From: Octopus vulgaris
Taxonomy: Eukaryota
DNA: 64,000 nt
NCBI GenBank assembly: GCA_951406725.2
Contig: OX597818.1
Span: 7,564,001-7,628,000 of the forward strand
Direction: 5' to 3'
Made by a program: the position numbers and the translations under genes. Shown in pieces: positions 15,310 through 27,296 of the stretch; the first letter of the stretch is position 1; every line of letters starts with the position of its first letter. The notes beneath the pieces are model-generated. The model had not been told where the DNA came from. It saw nothing but the letters and a program-made list of their open reading frames with translations, and did no database searches.

Positions 15310-15530
15310 GTTAGCTTCAAATTTTGGCACAAGGCCCGTAAGTCCGGGAATTAGGGTAAGTTGATTACATTGACCCCAATGATCAATTGGTACTTATTTC
15401 ATAGACTCTGAAAGGGTGAAAAGCAAAGACAAACCCGTTGGAATTTGAATTCAGAATATAAAGACGAACGAAATGCCACTGAGCATTTTTCTCGGTGTGC
15501 TAATGATTTTGCCAAATTATCGTATTTTGA
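15310..15530 (-). mobile_element. tRNA-derived SINE (Meta-domain type), diverged
   Basis: Reverse complement matches the 15559 copy (tggtacttattt..gaaagggtgaaaagcaaagac..gaatttgaattcagaa..gcattttt). Confidence 0.8.
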
Positions 15531-15558
15531 TACTCAGTAATATTACAGTGAACCATAA

Positions 15559-15950
15559 GGCAGTGATCTGGCAGAAACGTTAGCACGCCGGGCGAAATGC
15601 TTAGCGGTATTTCGTCTGCCGTTACGTTCTGAGTTTAAATTCTGCCGAGGTCGACTTTGCCTTTCATCCTTTCGGGGTCGATAAATTAAGTACCAGTTAC
15701 GCACTGGAGTCGATGTAATCGACTTAATCCGTTTGTCTTTCCTTGTTTTTCCTCTCTATGTTTAGCCCCTTGTGGGTAGTAAAGAAATAGGTATTTATTC
15801 CGTCTTTACAATCTGGGTTTAACGTCCGCAGAGGTCAGCTTTCAAATTCATCCCTTCGAGGTCGAGAAAATAATCATCAGTAGTAGGGCATTGAAGTCGA
15901 TGTGATCGATTTAATCCTTCCCTTGAAATTGCTGGCTTTGTGCCAGAATC
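15559..15950 (+). mobile_element. tRNA-derived SINE (Meta-domain type) plus adjacent partial second copy
   Basis: A-box-like tggcagaaacgttag, B-box-like gagtttaaattct, central gactttgcctttcatcctttcggggtcgataaattaagtaccag resembling the MetaSINE domain. The central motif repeats at 15800-15950. Confidence 0.85.
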
Positions 15951-16722
15951 TTAAATCAATATTAAATTGAAACATTCCAACGACAAATTTTCCAACAAGC
16001 AGTAATTCTTTACTCCATTCGCAAAAGCATTTCTGCAATACATAATGTCAATAACAGCACTAACAGTGTAGCCACTTTTTTTTTTATCAGCATGTAACTT
16101 CAAAGGAAAAAAAAGAAACAAAAAATCAGGTGTATCATGCAACAAATTATTTTGAATGAAACCATAGCAGAAGAATGCGAGAGAGGATGAATGGAACATA
16201 TCTCTGTATTTCTAAAGTCTTATAATTTCTACTTTTGTTCCCAAAACCTCCAATGGAGGAGATTGGCTCGAACTTATGTATTCTTCTTTGTCGAGTCACA
16301 GTTATCATTATGAATAAAGTTTCAAACAGAGGATCGAGTAAGAAGTGAAGCCGAGCAACAGAGGTAAATAGCTGCCCATCACTTAAACTACTGAAAACCA
16401 TAAAGCGATTGCTAAATTTTGGATCATGATATATAACGTGAGAAGAAATTTAAGAACTACGGTGAAGACGAAAAACCATGTTTCTATACTTATGGTATTG
16501 CGAGTGAATTAGAATTCATTCTCTCGGAAGGGCTGCAGAAGTTTGAAGAAAATGCACTACTCAAACACGCCAGAGAGTTGCTGTTCAATAAAATGCTTGA
16601 CACTTTTGGGATTCTGACTAAATCTAATCAATCAAATGAATTTGATAAGAGAGTATGACAGTATTAATGGCAGCTATACTGTACTTTCGGTCCCAAACTT
16701 CACAGTGGATCTTCTGGCGTTA

Positions 16723-16802
16723 TCTATCAGAAATCACCTATCAGAAATATTCACCTATCAGAAATATTCACCTATCAGAGTGTCACCTATCAGAAATATT
16801 CA
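16723..16802. repeat. ~17-bp minisatellite (cacctatcagaaatatt) x ~5
   Basis: Direct inspection. Confidence 0.85.
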
Positions 16803-17207
16803 GTATCATGCTCTCGGTCTATCACGTTCTTCATTTCTCATGCATGTTATTAAGCTACTATAAACGTAAATAGAAACATAGAGGGACATCCCATACGAAC
16901 TTGAATTTGGAGGAACAATTCTGGATTATAAACACAACGTCGTCATCAAAATGAACATAAATGCTGTATCACAGACACTAGACAGAGAGACAAATTATAT
17001 ATCTCACGCATCTATTGGTCCTGACCTCCAGGTAGAAAAAAACTGAGATGAACTGACAAGTAAGATGGTCAGATTTATTAAGATATATATATAGAGATGA
17101 ATCTATCTTCGAAACTTCAGGACAGACACATATATCGCTTCCGTCGTTAGTTTTCAGTTTCCCATCATGACCGACCTGACCTCGTAATGCATGTGAAATT
17201 ATTGTGG

Positions 17208-17214
17208 CCTATTA

Positions 17215-17278
<64 letters not shown>
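17208..17278. repeat. (TTA)n microsatellite
   Basis: Direct inspection. Confidence 0.95.
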
Positions 17279-17279
<1 letters not shown>

Positions 17280-17369
17280 AACATCGACGACCTGATGCGG
17301 CTCCCGACGGGGGAACAGGTTTCTGTAAAAGACTAATAGTAGCTGACGAAATATGGGAGGCAATGGCGT

Positions 17370-18290
17370 AATATGATTTTAACAACTTCAGGGCTATAAG
17401 TCAACTAAATGCGGTTTTAAAGATTTTGAGTCAACCTGTTACCTAATGGGTTGTAAATCTCGTGGTTGAATCACAGTCATACGTCTAGTTAGTATCTGTT
17501 TAGGATGCCCCCGCTCTTCGCTTCTGTATGTTTTACTTCTAGAGCCACTATTTCGTAAGGTCCAAACCTTAGATGGATAATAACTAGGAAGAAGTTACAA
17601 GCAGGGTGTTTAGTCTCACTCAGAAATAGACTCAAAAGAAACTATCAGTGAAAGGTTATCCATTACTGCCTGAGCAGGCAAGAAAGAAATACTTGCTCTT
17701 CCTCTTCTGGCGGAAAGGTCGCGCCAGCTTATCAGATGTTTTATTGGCTGTCAGCATCTGCTGAGATGAAGAATGGGACTGCCATGGCTAATAACACAGA
17801 AACATGCATTAATCCTGCGACACCTCCAGCCTTTCTGTCATGACGAGGACGCTTGTTATACGTGTTTTTCTGAAGTTCGTCTCTTTGATAGATTTGCAGG
17901 CCTGGAGTACTTTGAGTGCTATGAGGTTCTCAGAGCCTCCTCCTAACAGAAAAACGCTGCTGGTGGACATTCCGCCTTACTGTTCAATAAAAGATTAAGG
18001 GTTACTAAGAGTGACAACTCCATTGGGAAACTCTGGACATCCATGAAAATTATTTATCTGGTTTTTTTCTCGAAGGCTTTCAGGCCGGGGCCCATGGGTA
18101 TCTTCTAGAAATGCATGAACGGAGAATGAAATTGGTTCAGGATTGTCTATACAGCAATTGTGGTTAACCGAGCCTGCCCAAGATGCACTGAACGAGGAAA
18201 TAGTTCTGCATACACTCGGTCAATTTTCAGGCATTGCTGACTTGTTGCCCGGCAGACCTCTCATTTAGGATGGATCCAGCAATTGGTTAA
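17370..18290 (+). mobile_element. Highly decayed L1/Tx1-type LINE RT fragment
   Basis: NNFRAISQLNAVLKIL (compare DNFRTITMFNAVLKIL near 45282), GCPRSSLLYVLLLEPLFRK, CQHLLR*RMGLPWLITQKHALILRHLQ. Confidence 0.7.
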
Positions 18291-18352
18291 TAAAATATAT
18301 ATTAGCCAAGTACTGGCTTCGGTGTTATCAACTTCTTACGACTATCAAACCA

Positions 18353-18403
18353 TTCTCCTCCTCCTCCTCCTTCTTCTTCTTTCTTCTTCTTCTTCTTCTT
18401 CTT

Positions 18404-18434
<31 letters not shown>

Positions 18435-18510
18435 TTCCTCCCCCATCCCCATCCCCTCCTTCTCCTCCTCCTCCTCCTCCTCCTCATCATCATCATCATC
18501 ATCATCATCA
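18353..18510. repeat. Compound (CCT)/(CTT)/(CAT) microsatellite
   Basis: Direct inspection. Confidence 0.9.
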
Positions 18511-18512
18511 CA

Positions 18513-18702
18513 AAGGTAACGAGCTGGCAGAAACATTACCACGCCGGGCACAATGCTTAGCGGTATTTCGTTTGTCTCTACGTTCCGAGTTCAAATTACG
18601 CCGCGATCGACTTTGCCTTTCGTCATTTCGAAGTCGACTAAATAAGTACCAGTTTAGGACTGGGGTCGACACAATCGACTAGTCCCATCAACCAAATTTC
18701 AG
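18513..18702 (+). mobile_element. tRNA-derived SINE (Meta-domain type)
   Basis: Close match to the 15559 copy (gagctggcagaaacattaccacgccgggc..gagttcaaatt..gactttgcctttc..aagtaccag). Confidence 0.85.
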
Positions 18703-18719
18703 ATGATCTTATGAGAACG

Positions 18720-19330
18720 GATAGCAACCTGTAGTCAGATGTCTCACAGGGTGTCACTTTCTGCACATGCAAGCTTTCATACTTGGTTTTTAATTATCGT
18801 GGAAGAAGTTCAGCATCCAAGCACCAGTCTCAAAATCATAGCTATCCCTTGCAAAGCACTTTTTGTGCTATCTCTGCTGTGATGTCTATTCTGATTTCTC
18901 CCTGACATATTTCTCGAACTGGGCGGTTAGTGCTCCGAGCGCCCCTACCACTACTGGGATGAGAGACACTCTCCTCATAATCCACATTCCTGCAATTGCG
19001 TCTTTTAGTAGTTTGTACTTTTCAATATTTTCTAGTTCTTTGTCATTTATGCGTGCATCCCCAGGTATTGCAATATCTAAAATCTTGGTTTCTTTTTTGC
19101 CCTTATCTACCACAACATTATCTGGTCTCCGAGTATTGATGAGGGAGTCACACTTGACAGTAAAATTCCATAGTGTCTTATATTCTTTTTTCTTGATGAC
19201 TCCTTCTCGTTTGTCTTCGTACCATTTCCGTGCTTTGTCTAGGCCGTATATTTCACATATCCTACTGTGAAAGCTCGGTTCCGGCGGTACTTTTCACATA
19301 GCCTTAACTGAAGACTCTGTCTAGGCCGTA
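18720..19330 (-). mobile_element. R4/Dong-type LINE 3' fragment (restriction-like endonuclease)
   Basis: LWNFTVKCD..RRPDNVVVDKGKKETKILDIAIPGDARI..KELENIEKY..L..MW..IPVVVGALGA, a PD-(D/E)xK REL signature. Confidence 0.9.
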
Positions 19331-19359
19331 CCATCATCATCATCATTATTATTATTATT

Positions 19360-19655
19360 GAATGAGAAAGCTGTGCATTCCATCAAAGTGATCACCAAAG
19401 CATTCCTCTCAACTCATGGCTATGATGCTCTCCCAATACTCCTGCTCGTGATCAGAGAGCACATATCGTCAGCCACTACGGAAATGTTTAACTATTTATG
19501 GTCAAACAACTGACAAGTAAATCTGTGGTATTGAGCATAATATTTGTTGTAACCCATCTTTTATACCAAGACAAAACAATATACATGATAACACCTCCAA
19601 TCCGTCAAGATCAGAAGCCATGGGAGCCAATGTCTGGGATTGCATCAGGGCATTT
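19360..19655 (-). mobile_element. Non-coding TAA-associated interspersed element (same family as 36235-36870), internally deleted
   Basis: Reverse complement aligns to 36350-36600 (catggcttctgatctt..tataaaagatggg..cttgtcagttgtttgacc..gtggctgacgatatgtgctctctgatcacgagcag). Flanked by TAA/CAA repeats. Confidence 0.8.
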
Positions 19656-20595
19656 ATTATCATCATCATTATTATTATCATTATTGTTGTTGTTGTTGTT
19701 GTTGTTGTTGTTATTATTATTATTATTTAATGTTTGACTTTTGCTTTGTATTTGTACAAGTTGGCTCCATGTCTCACCCGGATCCCTTTTCAAGATTTCA
19801 AGTTCTGTGCCTGGCGTCGAAAGGATAATTATGACAATTATTATTATTGTTATAGTTCATTTTGTTACTGCTTTTTTGGTTGCTGAATATTATTACCGAA
19901 CTGGCAATAATCTACATTCAGAATGAGGAATATTTTTAAAGAACTGATCGAGAAAATCTCATTTACCTTTGAGATTTTGTATTTCAATCGAAATTTTTAG
20001 AATAGGAAAAATATCCAACAAATATTGATTTCGTAATTAACCTTTGTAAGTGTGTCACGTACAATGCAGAGAGAATGCGTCGACATAATTTTATAATATG
20101 GATTTTGTCACTATATATTTTGAAGTGGATCGTATCCTATTTCTGGAACACCTTACTACAGTATGAATGTGAAAGTATTGGTTCACTAATATAGCTATAC
20201 GCTCAAATATTCAAACTTCAGAAAATAAGAATATATAAAAATATGTATCGCTGCAGAGAAAATGAACTTCCGCAATAATACTTTTAGTAATACTGAAAAC
20301 ATTAACACATACGCACACAAACACACGTGCTCGTGCGCGCGCGCACAAACCGATGCAAGCTCACACACACACACACACACACACATACACACACACACAC
20401 ACTCATCTATTTGCAGACAAACTTGTTTCAAATAGATATCCATTTTAAACATTTTGTCTGTGATTCCCAAAAAGCATATCTGATATGGAGTGTTTACTTG
20501 AAAACACGAAATCAAATAAAGATTATGCTATGGAAATAAATACTGTTGATATTGAAGTCATCAACAATACTCAGAAAAAATGTGAATCTACAAAC

Positions 20596-21736
20596 GGTCA
20601 ATATACAGTTTAAGCCACGCTCACGAAAACGAAAAAGAAACCCAGCCTGCTAGGTGTAAAAAATGTGTAGAAAGCGAATATGTAAACAAAAATTTGTGCA
20701 AACGGAGCGGACTTACGGAAAATTCACAAGACCCTATTTTCCCCTCATAACTTTAAAGATAATGGATATATATTAATGAAATTTTATAGGAATACCTTTC
20801 AAATGGCACACATTACGACTAAAAAGAAATTTCGGAGGAAAATGTTTTCCGAAGGAGTAAGGAGATAATTTTTCCTTCATAACTTTCAGGAAAATGGATA
20901 TCTTTTAATGAAATTTTACAGAAACACATTTCAATCAGCATAGATTACGACTATAAAGAAATTTCTGGGAAAAATGCTTCCCGAAAGTGTGGGAGAGCGC
21001 TTTCGGAAATTTCACACAATCCGTTTTTTTCCCTTATAACTTTTAGGACCTAGTTTAGCGCCCAGTCACCAAAAGGAAAAAAAAAAACAATCTTACAGAT
21101 GTACAAAAACGTGTAGAAAACGAATATGAAAACAACATTTTGCGCAAATGAACGTTTAGTGGGTGATGAGAAGCTTTCTGAAAATTCAGACAGTCTTCTC
21201 CTCATTCCTTTGGAAAACATTTTCCCAAGAAATTTCTTTAAAATTGTAATATCTGCTTTTTGAAAGGTGTTACTGTAAATTTCATTGAAAGATAAACATT
21301 TTCCTGAAAGTTATGAGGGAAAAAATCGGACCGTGTGAATTTTCCGAAAGTACTCTCCCGACCCACCCCCAGTTCCTTTGTTCAAATTTTTACTTTCATA
21401 ATCGTTTTCTACATGTTTTTGTACACTTATTAGACTAGTCTTTTTTTCGTTTCTTGACCGGCGCTGAACTAGTTCCTGAAACTTATGAGGGGAAGAAACA
21501 AACGGATCATGTGAATTTGCCGACAGTCCTCTCCCCATCAATTCGGAAAACATTTTCCAAGATTTTTCTATAAACATTTCATTAATGTATATATATTTTC
21601 CTTAAAATTATGAGGGAAAATCAGATCTTGTTAATTTTCCGAAAGTCCTCACCCTCCCCCCGTTCGTTTGCGCAAATTTTTGTCTTCATATATGTTTTCT
21701 ACACCTATTTTACACGTAGTAGGCTGTATATTGACC
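20596..21736. mobile_element. Foldback/MITE-like palindromic element with ~120-bp internal subrepeats
   Basis: ggtcaatatacag (20596) is the reverse complement of ctgtatattgacc (21724). Left-arm units (ccctcataacttt..aatggatat..aatgaaatttta) are mirrored on the right arm (ttcatt..ttttcct..ttatgaggg). Confidence 0.75.
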
Positions 21737-22199
21737 CTAAAATGGTCTTTTCAAATTCAGGGGTGCTGTGTTTGTATTTTTTAAAGTACAATTTGAGTAA
21801 GATCAGCATCATGTAAGGAAGTGATTATGGTATAGTACTGGTTTTCAAAGTTAATAATAGTGCAAGAGAACAAGCTCAGTCTTTATGTGACATTGTTACA
21901 CAGAAATTGATAAGGAACTACATGGGATAAAGGACAATATGAATTAACATAACAGTTTTCGAGTAAAACGCTGATCATTACCTATGAGGAATTTTGAAAC
22001 ATTATATGGATAGGTGGTCAACTACACTACTTTCGGTGATTTATAGGTATTAGAAAGCACCATGTATAAAGAAGGTTTTATAAGTCTATCAGAATACAAA
22101 ATGATCTCAGATTAGACCACTGCTGTAGATGTCATCAGCACGGCATTGAAGAGTGTAAGACACATTAGCCCACCCAAAAAGTGAATCACCTCGATTTAT

Positions 22200-23700
22200 C
22201 GACCGGCTTAGCATTGTCTAAATGCCAGTGGGCGAGAGACGAGTAACCCTGAAAACCACAGCATCCTAACAGATAAACCACCAAATCTATATTGAAACAC
22301 TATAGATAACAACATCATGGGTACAGAAGTGGAGGCCACTGTAAGCGATAATCTACTAAGCCTTAACAATATCACCGAGGGAGGATTGTCGGTTGATAAG
22401 GAGAGGCAGAAAATACATTTAGCACTCCGTATACGCCGAGCTCTACAGAGCCCTGAGACGCCGAATAACGGAAGATGTTATCAACAAAGATGAACGACTA
22501 AAGCTGAAGACTGTATAACACAACTGAGGTCTAAAGTCAAAAAGAAGGATCAGTAGTTCGGGATGAGAAATAACTTCATTGTCCTAAAGAACGATGAAAG
22601 ATATTTTAACAAACATCTAAACTAGCTGATGTGGTCAAACAATTCTAAGTAAACAAAAGACAAAACACTTTCCCCTCCTGCCATCCTAAAATCTGAAATA
22701 AGTGTTCCCACCACTTGATGAAAGCAAGACGTCATCTCGGCAGCTATTATTCACGAGGACGGAGAACACACTCTAAGTTTTCATCAAGCTGTTCTAGGTC
22801 TCAGTGATGGATGAGATCCTCACCACTATAAGCATATTTCTGTAGTCAGTCTACTTAAGAGGGTTGACACTGCCAACATCAAGAACTGCCAACCAATTAG
22901 GCTTCTTATGTACATTTTCTTTTGTAGATAGTTCCTAAACCAATACCAACTGAGAGAGCAGGCTGGCTCATGTCAAGATTCACAATCTACTTTATCCATA
23001 TCCTTAACCAGATCCAGGGCTATGAGTACATGTACAGCACAGATTCGCCTTTGTGGACAACTAAGAGTCGCACGACTCCATCACGTTCAACGCTCACCTT
23101 TCGGTGATGAAGAATCTGGAAAATGGCCCTGCCTCTCCCGCTATATAGCAACCTGTATAATGGCTTAGAAACGGTCAGTAAGTCTCACACTAACTGTTGA
23201 CACGTTAAACTTAGTATTTTATTTCGATATGATGAAGGATCAACAAACAAACGAACACTGTGACACTTATTGTCAGCCCATCGACAAGGCGGACACTTAA
23301 GTCCACCTGATAAAACTATGTGATACAAGTCAGCGATATTCTCCCGAGTATCCAGAAGAGTAATCTCCTTCGATGGGTGGAATTTGGGATTGACCATTAT
23401 TATAATTCACAAAGCCAGTGTGAGGAACAAACACAAAGAATGCAACATAGTAGTGATGACATGCCATGGCAACATAAAGACGTTAAACACCAAAATGGAC
23501 GCGCTTACCGTCTCACAAGGCCAGATAGAGTGCTTCATGCATCGTATCATGGAGAAAGACCCGAATTTGACAAGAATCAGGAATCGGCAACATCAAGAAA
23601 GCTAATAAATTGGCAGACAAAATGTAATTATTTTAGAACAACCAGCTGACAGTATTATAGACCGAATGGATATTAATGAAAGAGACTTCTTCACAGAGCA
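22200..23700 (+). mobile_element. Old RTE-clade LINE remnant
   Basis: KRVDTANIKNCQPIRLL, QLREQAG, FAFVDN..DSI, DALTVSQGQIECFMHRI (AQRxMERxMLGI-like). Many stops and frameshifts. Confidence 0.7.
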
Positions 23701-24812
23701 GAAATATCTGATGTTGCGCATCGAACCAGCTCCACCTGGAGCCCTCGTGGAGTAAGATTTCAAGAGATATCATTTCAGTCCGTCTAGGTAGGGGTTCCTC
23801 CTTCAAAAGATCTATTAACCCTAAGAAAGAACAGAAAAGTAGGTACCGACCGAAATATTCGTAGATTTATTATTCAAATCGTGGAAACCAGACACCACAC
23901 AATTGGTGATAAAAGATACTAAATAGCTGTTCCTACGTTATAAGCAGCAACAGGTACAATTCCGACAATGTTGGACAAATTGCCTTCTTTCTCGGCTCGA
24001 CAGGCTGACTAGGAAAGTGAAGGAACCTTTTCCACCGACCATAACTTTTAGAGACAGGAAGTAGGAAAGGGTATGTGTGGAGAACATTAGCAATAATACA
24101 GCAGATTTCAGAAGTAAATGCAATAGACACAGGCCTTATGGAACCAAACTAAAATAATGCAACGTATAAGTGAGAGGAGATGTTCATCTCCTGTTTCGAG
24201 GAGTCTATCTTATGCTAGGAGGTCACTCGCTTATGTGGTAGTGATGTGCAATGACCTTTCTATTGAAGAGAAACCATTTTCCACCAGGAAAAATAAGTAC
24301 ACAGCTCTTCCCTCAATGAACAATTGATCAGCTCACAATATAATACGAACATTGGAGATATATCAACATTGAGTAAGAGATAGGATCAGCTTCCAATGTT
24401 TATAAGAAAAATATCGTTATTGATAAATTACGATGACATATTTTAACTGATCTATAAATGAATGGTAATGGGTGGATGGTTTCTTCTCTACTTTTAGTTT
24501 GGATGAAACTACAATTATGCGTCAAAAAAGCATGATTTCAACAGGATGTCTATTCAAAATCCTGCTGTTTTTTGATAGGCCGTGGTGGGACTTACCAAAT
24601 ATATAAAAACGGGTTGCTCTTGTTATAAAGTGAATCCTATTTTATCTATCGCATATGTTTCTAAATACGTAATTATTGCGTATTTCTAGATAAATAAAAA
24701 TCTTTTTTTCCTTATATCATGAAATATTTTATGCCACCTGCACGTTATTAGTACATTGTATCCCAATACTCTAAATGCTTGTGTCATCTGCTTTTTTATG
24801 TAGCTTTGTAGA

Positions 24813-24908
24813 TTCTTCTTCTTCTTCTTCTTCTTCTTCTTCTTCTTCTTCTTCTTCTTCTTCTTCTTCTTCTTCTTCTTCTTCTTCTTCTTCTTCTTCT
24901 TCTTCTTC
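24813..24908. repeat. (TTC)n microsatellite
   Basis: Direct inspection. Confidence 0.95.
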
Positions 24909-25397
24909 ATTGATTTGCCACAGACGGAAGTGCATCTTTTTGATCAGTTGTAGTTAGTAAGTTTGTCACGTTTACTGAATGAAAAAAATTCGTTTCAGAT
25001 TATTTTCACACAGGGAATCCTGCGTAAACAATGATTTTGTCATAAAACCTGGGGTGAAGAAAAGAATATCTATTATAAAGTCATATTATAATTACTTTCA
25101 CGCCTGTACAGTTCTTTCCAGTACGATTTCCAGTACGATTTCTGCTAAAATAGCATAAGTCATCCACAAGTACACTATCATCTAATTTAGCAACAAATAT
25201 GTAGTCAAGATATAAAGAAAATATACTCAGTTAAATAGGCTTATACATACACCTCATCAAATGATAAAAATGATATTATTTGAATGAATAAATTAAATAA
25301 ACTTAGACGTTTCATGCAAAAGTTTTAACAGCAGCATCAAGAATATTTTACTTGCCATAATAAAAGTTTTAAACATGTATCGACTAGCTATGGAATA

Positions 25398-26050
25398 TAT
25401 GGTGTGACATAAATTTTGTCCAAATTTAATTTTACTTTTCGTCATTTCTCCAAGGGTGAAAGAAGATGAATATTAACATACTCTGCTTCTCCAAGAAAGT
25501 GAACATTTCGATTAGTTCTCTAGAGAACATTTCACAGAAGCTACGGCCGATGAAGTTGAAAAATGAAGGCTCCAGCGTAGGGGTGTCGACAAACCAACGA
25601 TGATACGAATGGACAAGTTTAGTCGGTGTGTATGGCATATTACTTCATGTGCCTTCCACAATATATTAGTTGGTCGATGCAAGTGGCAGTGGTCATGATG
25701 TTCTCCCTCGATATTTTTTTGCGTATGAAGTGCTATTGGAAAATTGTACAATGTTTATATTTTGTACTTTTTCACCAGTTTTAAATTGCCGTGTCAATCT
25801 TGAGTTTCATATACAACGCCTTTCTTACATTAATATCGTGGGCAATTTCGTTTCACATATTTTCAGCCTTGATTGTAAGAAATGTACATGTTTGACGAGA
25901 AGACACTAAGAATGATCTGACTTCGAGTAAAATAATTCTGGTTTAATTTTCCCTTTGGAGAATATTAACTCAGTGGGGCCATTTTCCATACAATTTTATT
26001 TCAAATTGTCTGCATAATGTTCAAGGGATATAACTCTGAGCTTAATTATT
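25398..26050 (+). mobile_element. Possible decayed mariner-type transposon
   Basis: TA-flanked tggtgtgacataaattttgtcc start; weak motifs NEGSSVGVST (DExRSGRP-like), YEVLLENCT, DLTSS (DLAPSD-like). Confidence 0.35.
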
Positions 26051-26309
26051 CTTGAGACGAAAGGCCATCAACAGTTTTCTTCAGGGTAATCTTTTTGATT
26101 ACCTGATGTTATCTATTTATTTCGTGGATTCTGATTACAGTTACCTTTGTTATTGTTGATGAAAATGAGGATGAGGATGATAATGAGGCGACCGTATATA
26201 TCTGTGATCAATAAAATCAATACGAATGAAGCGCTAGCACATTTGATGTTACTGCACATTTCTAACTAAATGCTTTGTGATAATATTGATTTCTAATATA
26301 AACTCATTT

Positions 26310-26430
26310 TATTTTCCTGGCAGGGAGTACATTCGATTTTATAGACACCAGTAATTGGCCGGTTCTTTACTTTATTGATACTGGAAGGATAAAGAGCTAA
26401 GTATTTATGGCAGGATTTGAACCCACAATT
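26310..26430 (-). mobile_element. Old SINE fragment
   Basis: ctggaaggataaagagctaag..caggatttgaacc is the reverse complement of a B box plus Meta-like domain. Confidence 0.5.
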
Positions 26431-27149
26431 GAAAACAACATGATTTGAACCCACAATAGAAAACATACCCCGAGGTAGAAAGATATCCCGTGGAAATTTA
26501 TCTGTTTTTTTTTTATCATTTCTGCCAATACGTTGCCTTTGCCTTTTTGAGAAAGTTACACGTTATTAACAGGACATAATTTTATTATCTGCGCAGCAGT
26601 AGTTTAGTGCTCAAATATGACGCATATTTTAAAAAGGAAAAGTGTATTAGATGCTCTTTCAGTCGATCAAATATCAATATAATTGAAAAAGAGATAATAC
26701 AAACTATAATGAATTTTCTCTTGACGAAAGCTAAGATATGATTATAATAACACTACTGTATTGTTTATTTTGGATTCCGTGATGCTGTTGTCACTGTGGT
26801 TACTTAGACCAGCTGAGGTTTGATTTGTGAGTCTGCGGTGACGGTATTTCTAGTTTTGTCCATAACTTCGTTGAATACTGAGGACTATATTCCCCTCCTT
26901 GTTTTCGTAAAGTAAAGTGCTATTTGAAGGAGATCGGACGGTTCAGAAGGATTTCTACACTGATGTATTTAGTTAGGAATATTTTGTTTCTTTGATTTCT
27001 TTATCTTTACATGCGATATTGAGTTTGTTACTTCCATTAAACTCTGTCGGGAGTATTTTCTGTATTTCACGTGTTCCTGTAACTATCTTATTAGTTTGTT
27101 GATTGTAGTGGATTGAGCTGCAGTTAATTCTATTGTTGTTGGTATTGTT

Positions 27150-27296
27150 TGATCCTCCTCCTCCTCCTCCTCCTCATCCTCCTCGTCATCGTCATCATCA
27201 TCTTCTTCTTCTTCTTTTTCTTCTTCTTCTTCTTCTTCTTCTTCTTCTTCTTCTTCTTCTTCTTCTTCTTCTTCTTCTTCTTCTTCTTCTTCTTTT
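27150..27296. repeat. (CCT)/(CAT)/(CTT)n microsatellite
   Basis: Direct inspection. Confidence 0.95.

Noticed and set aside
17288-17325. CTGATGC-GGCTCCC-gac-GGGG-GAACAGGT next to (TTA)n
   Set aside because: Two core mismatches and no clear stem I.
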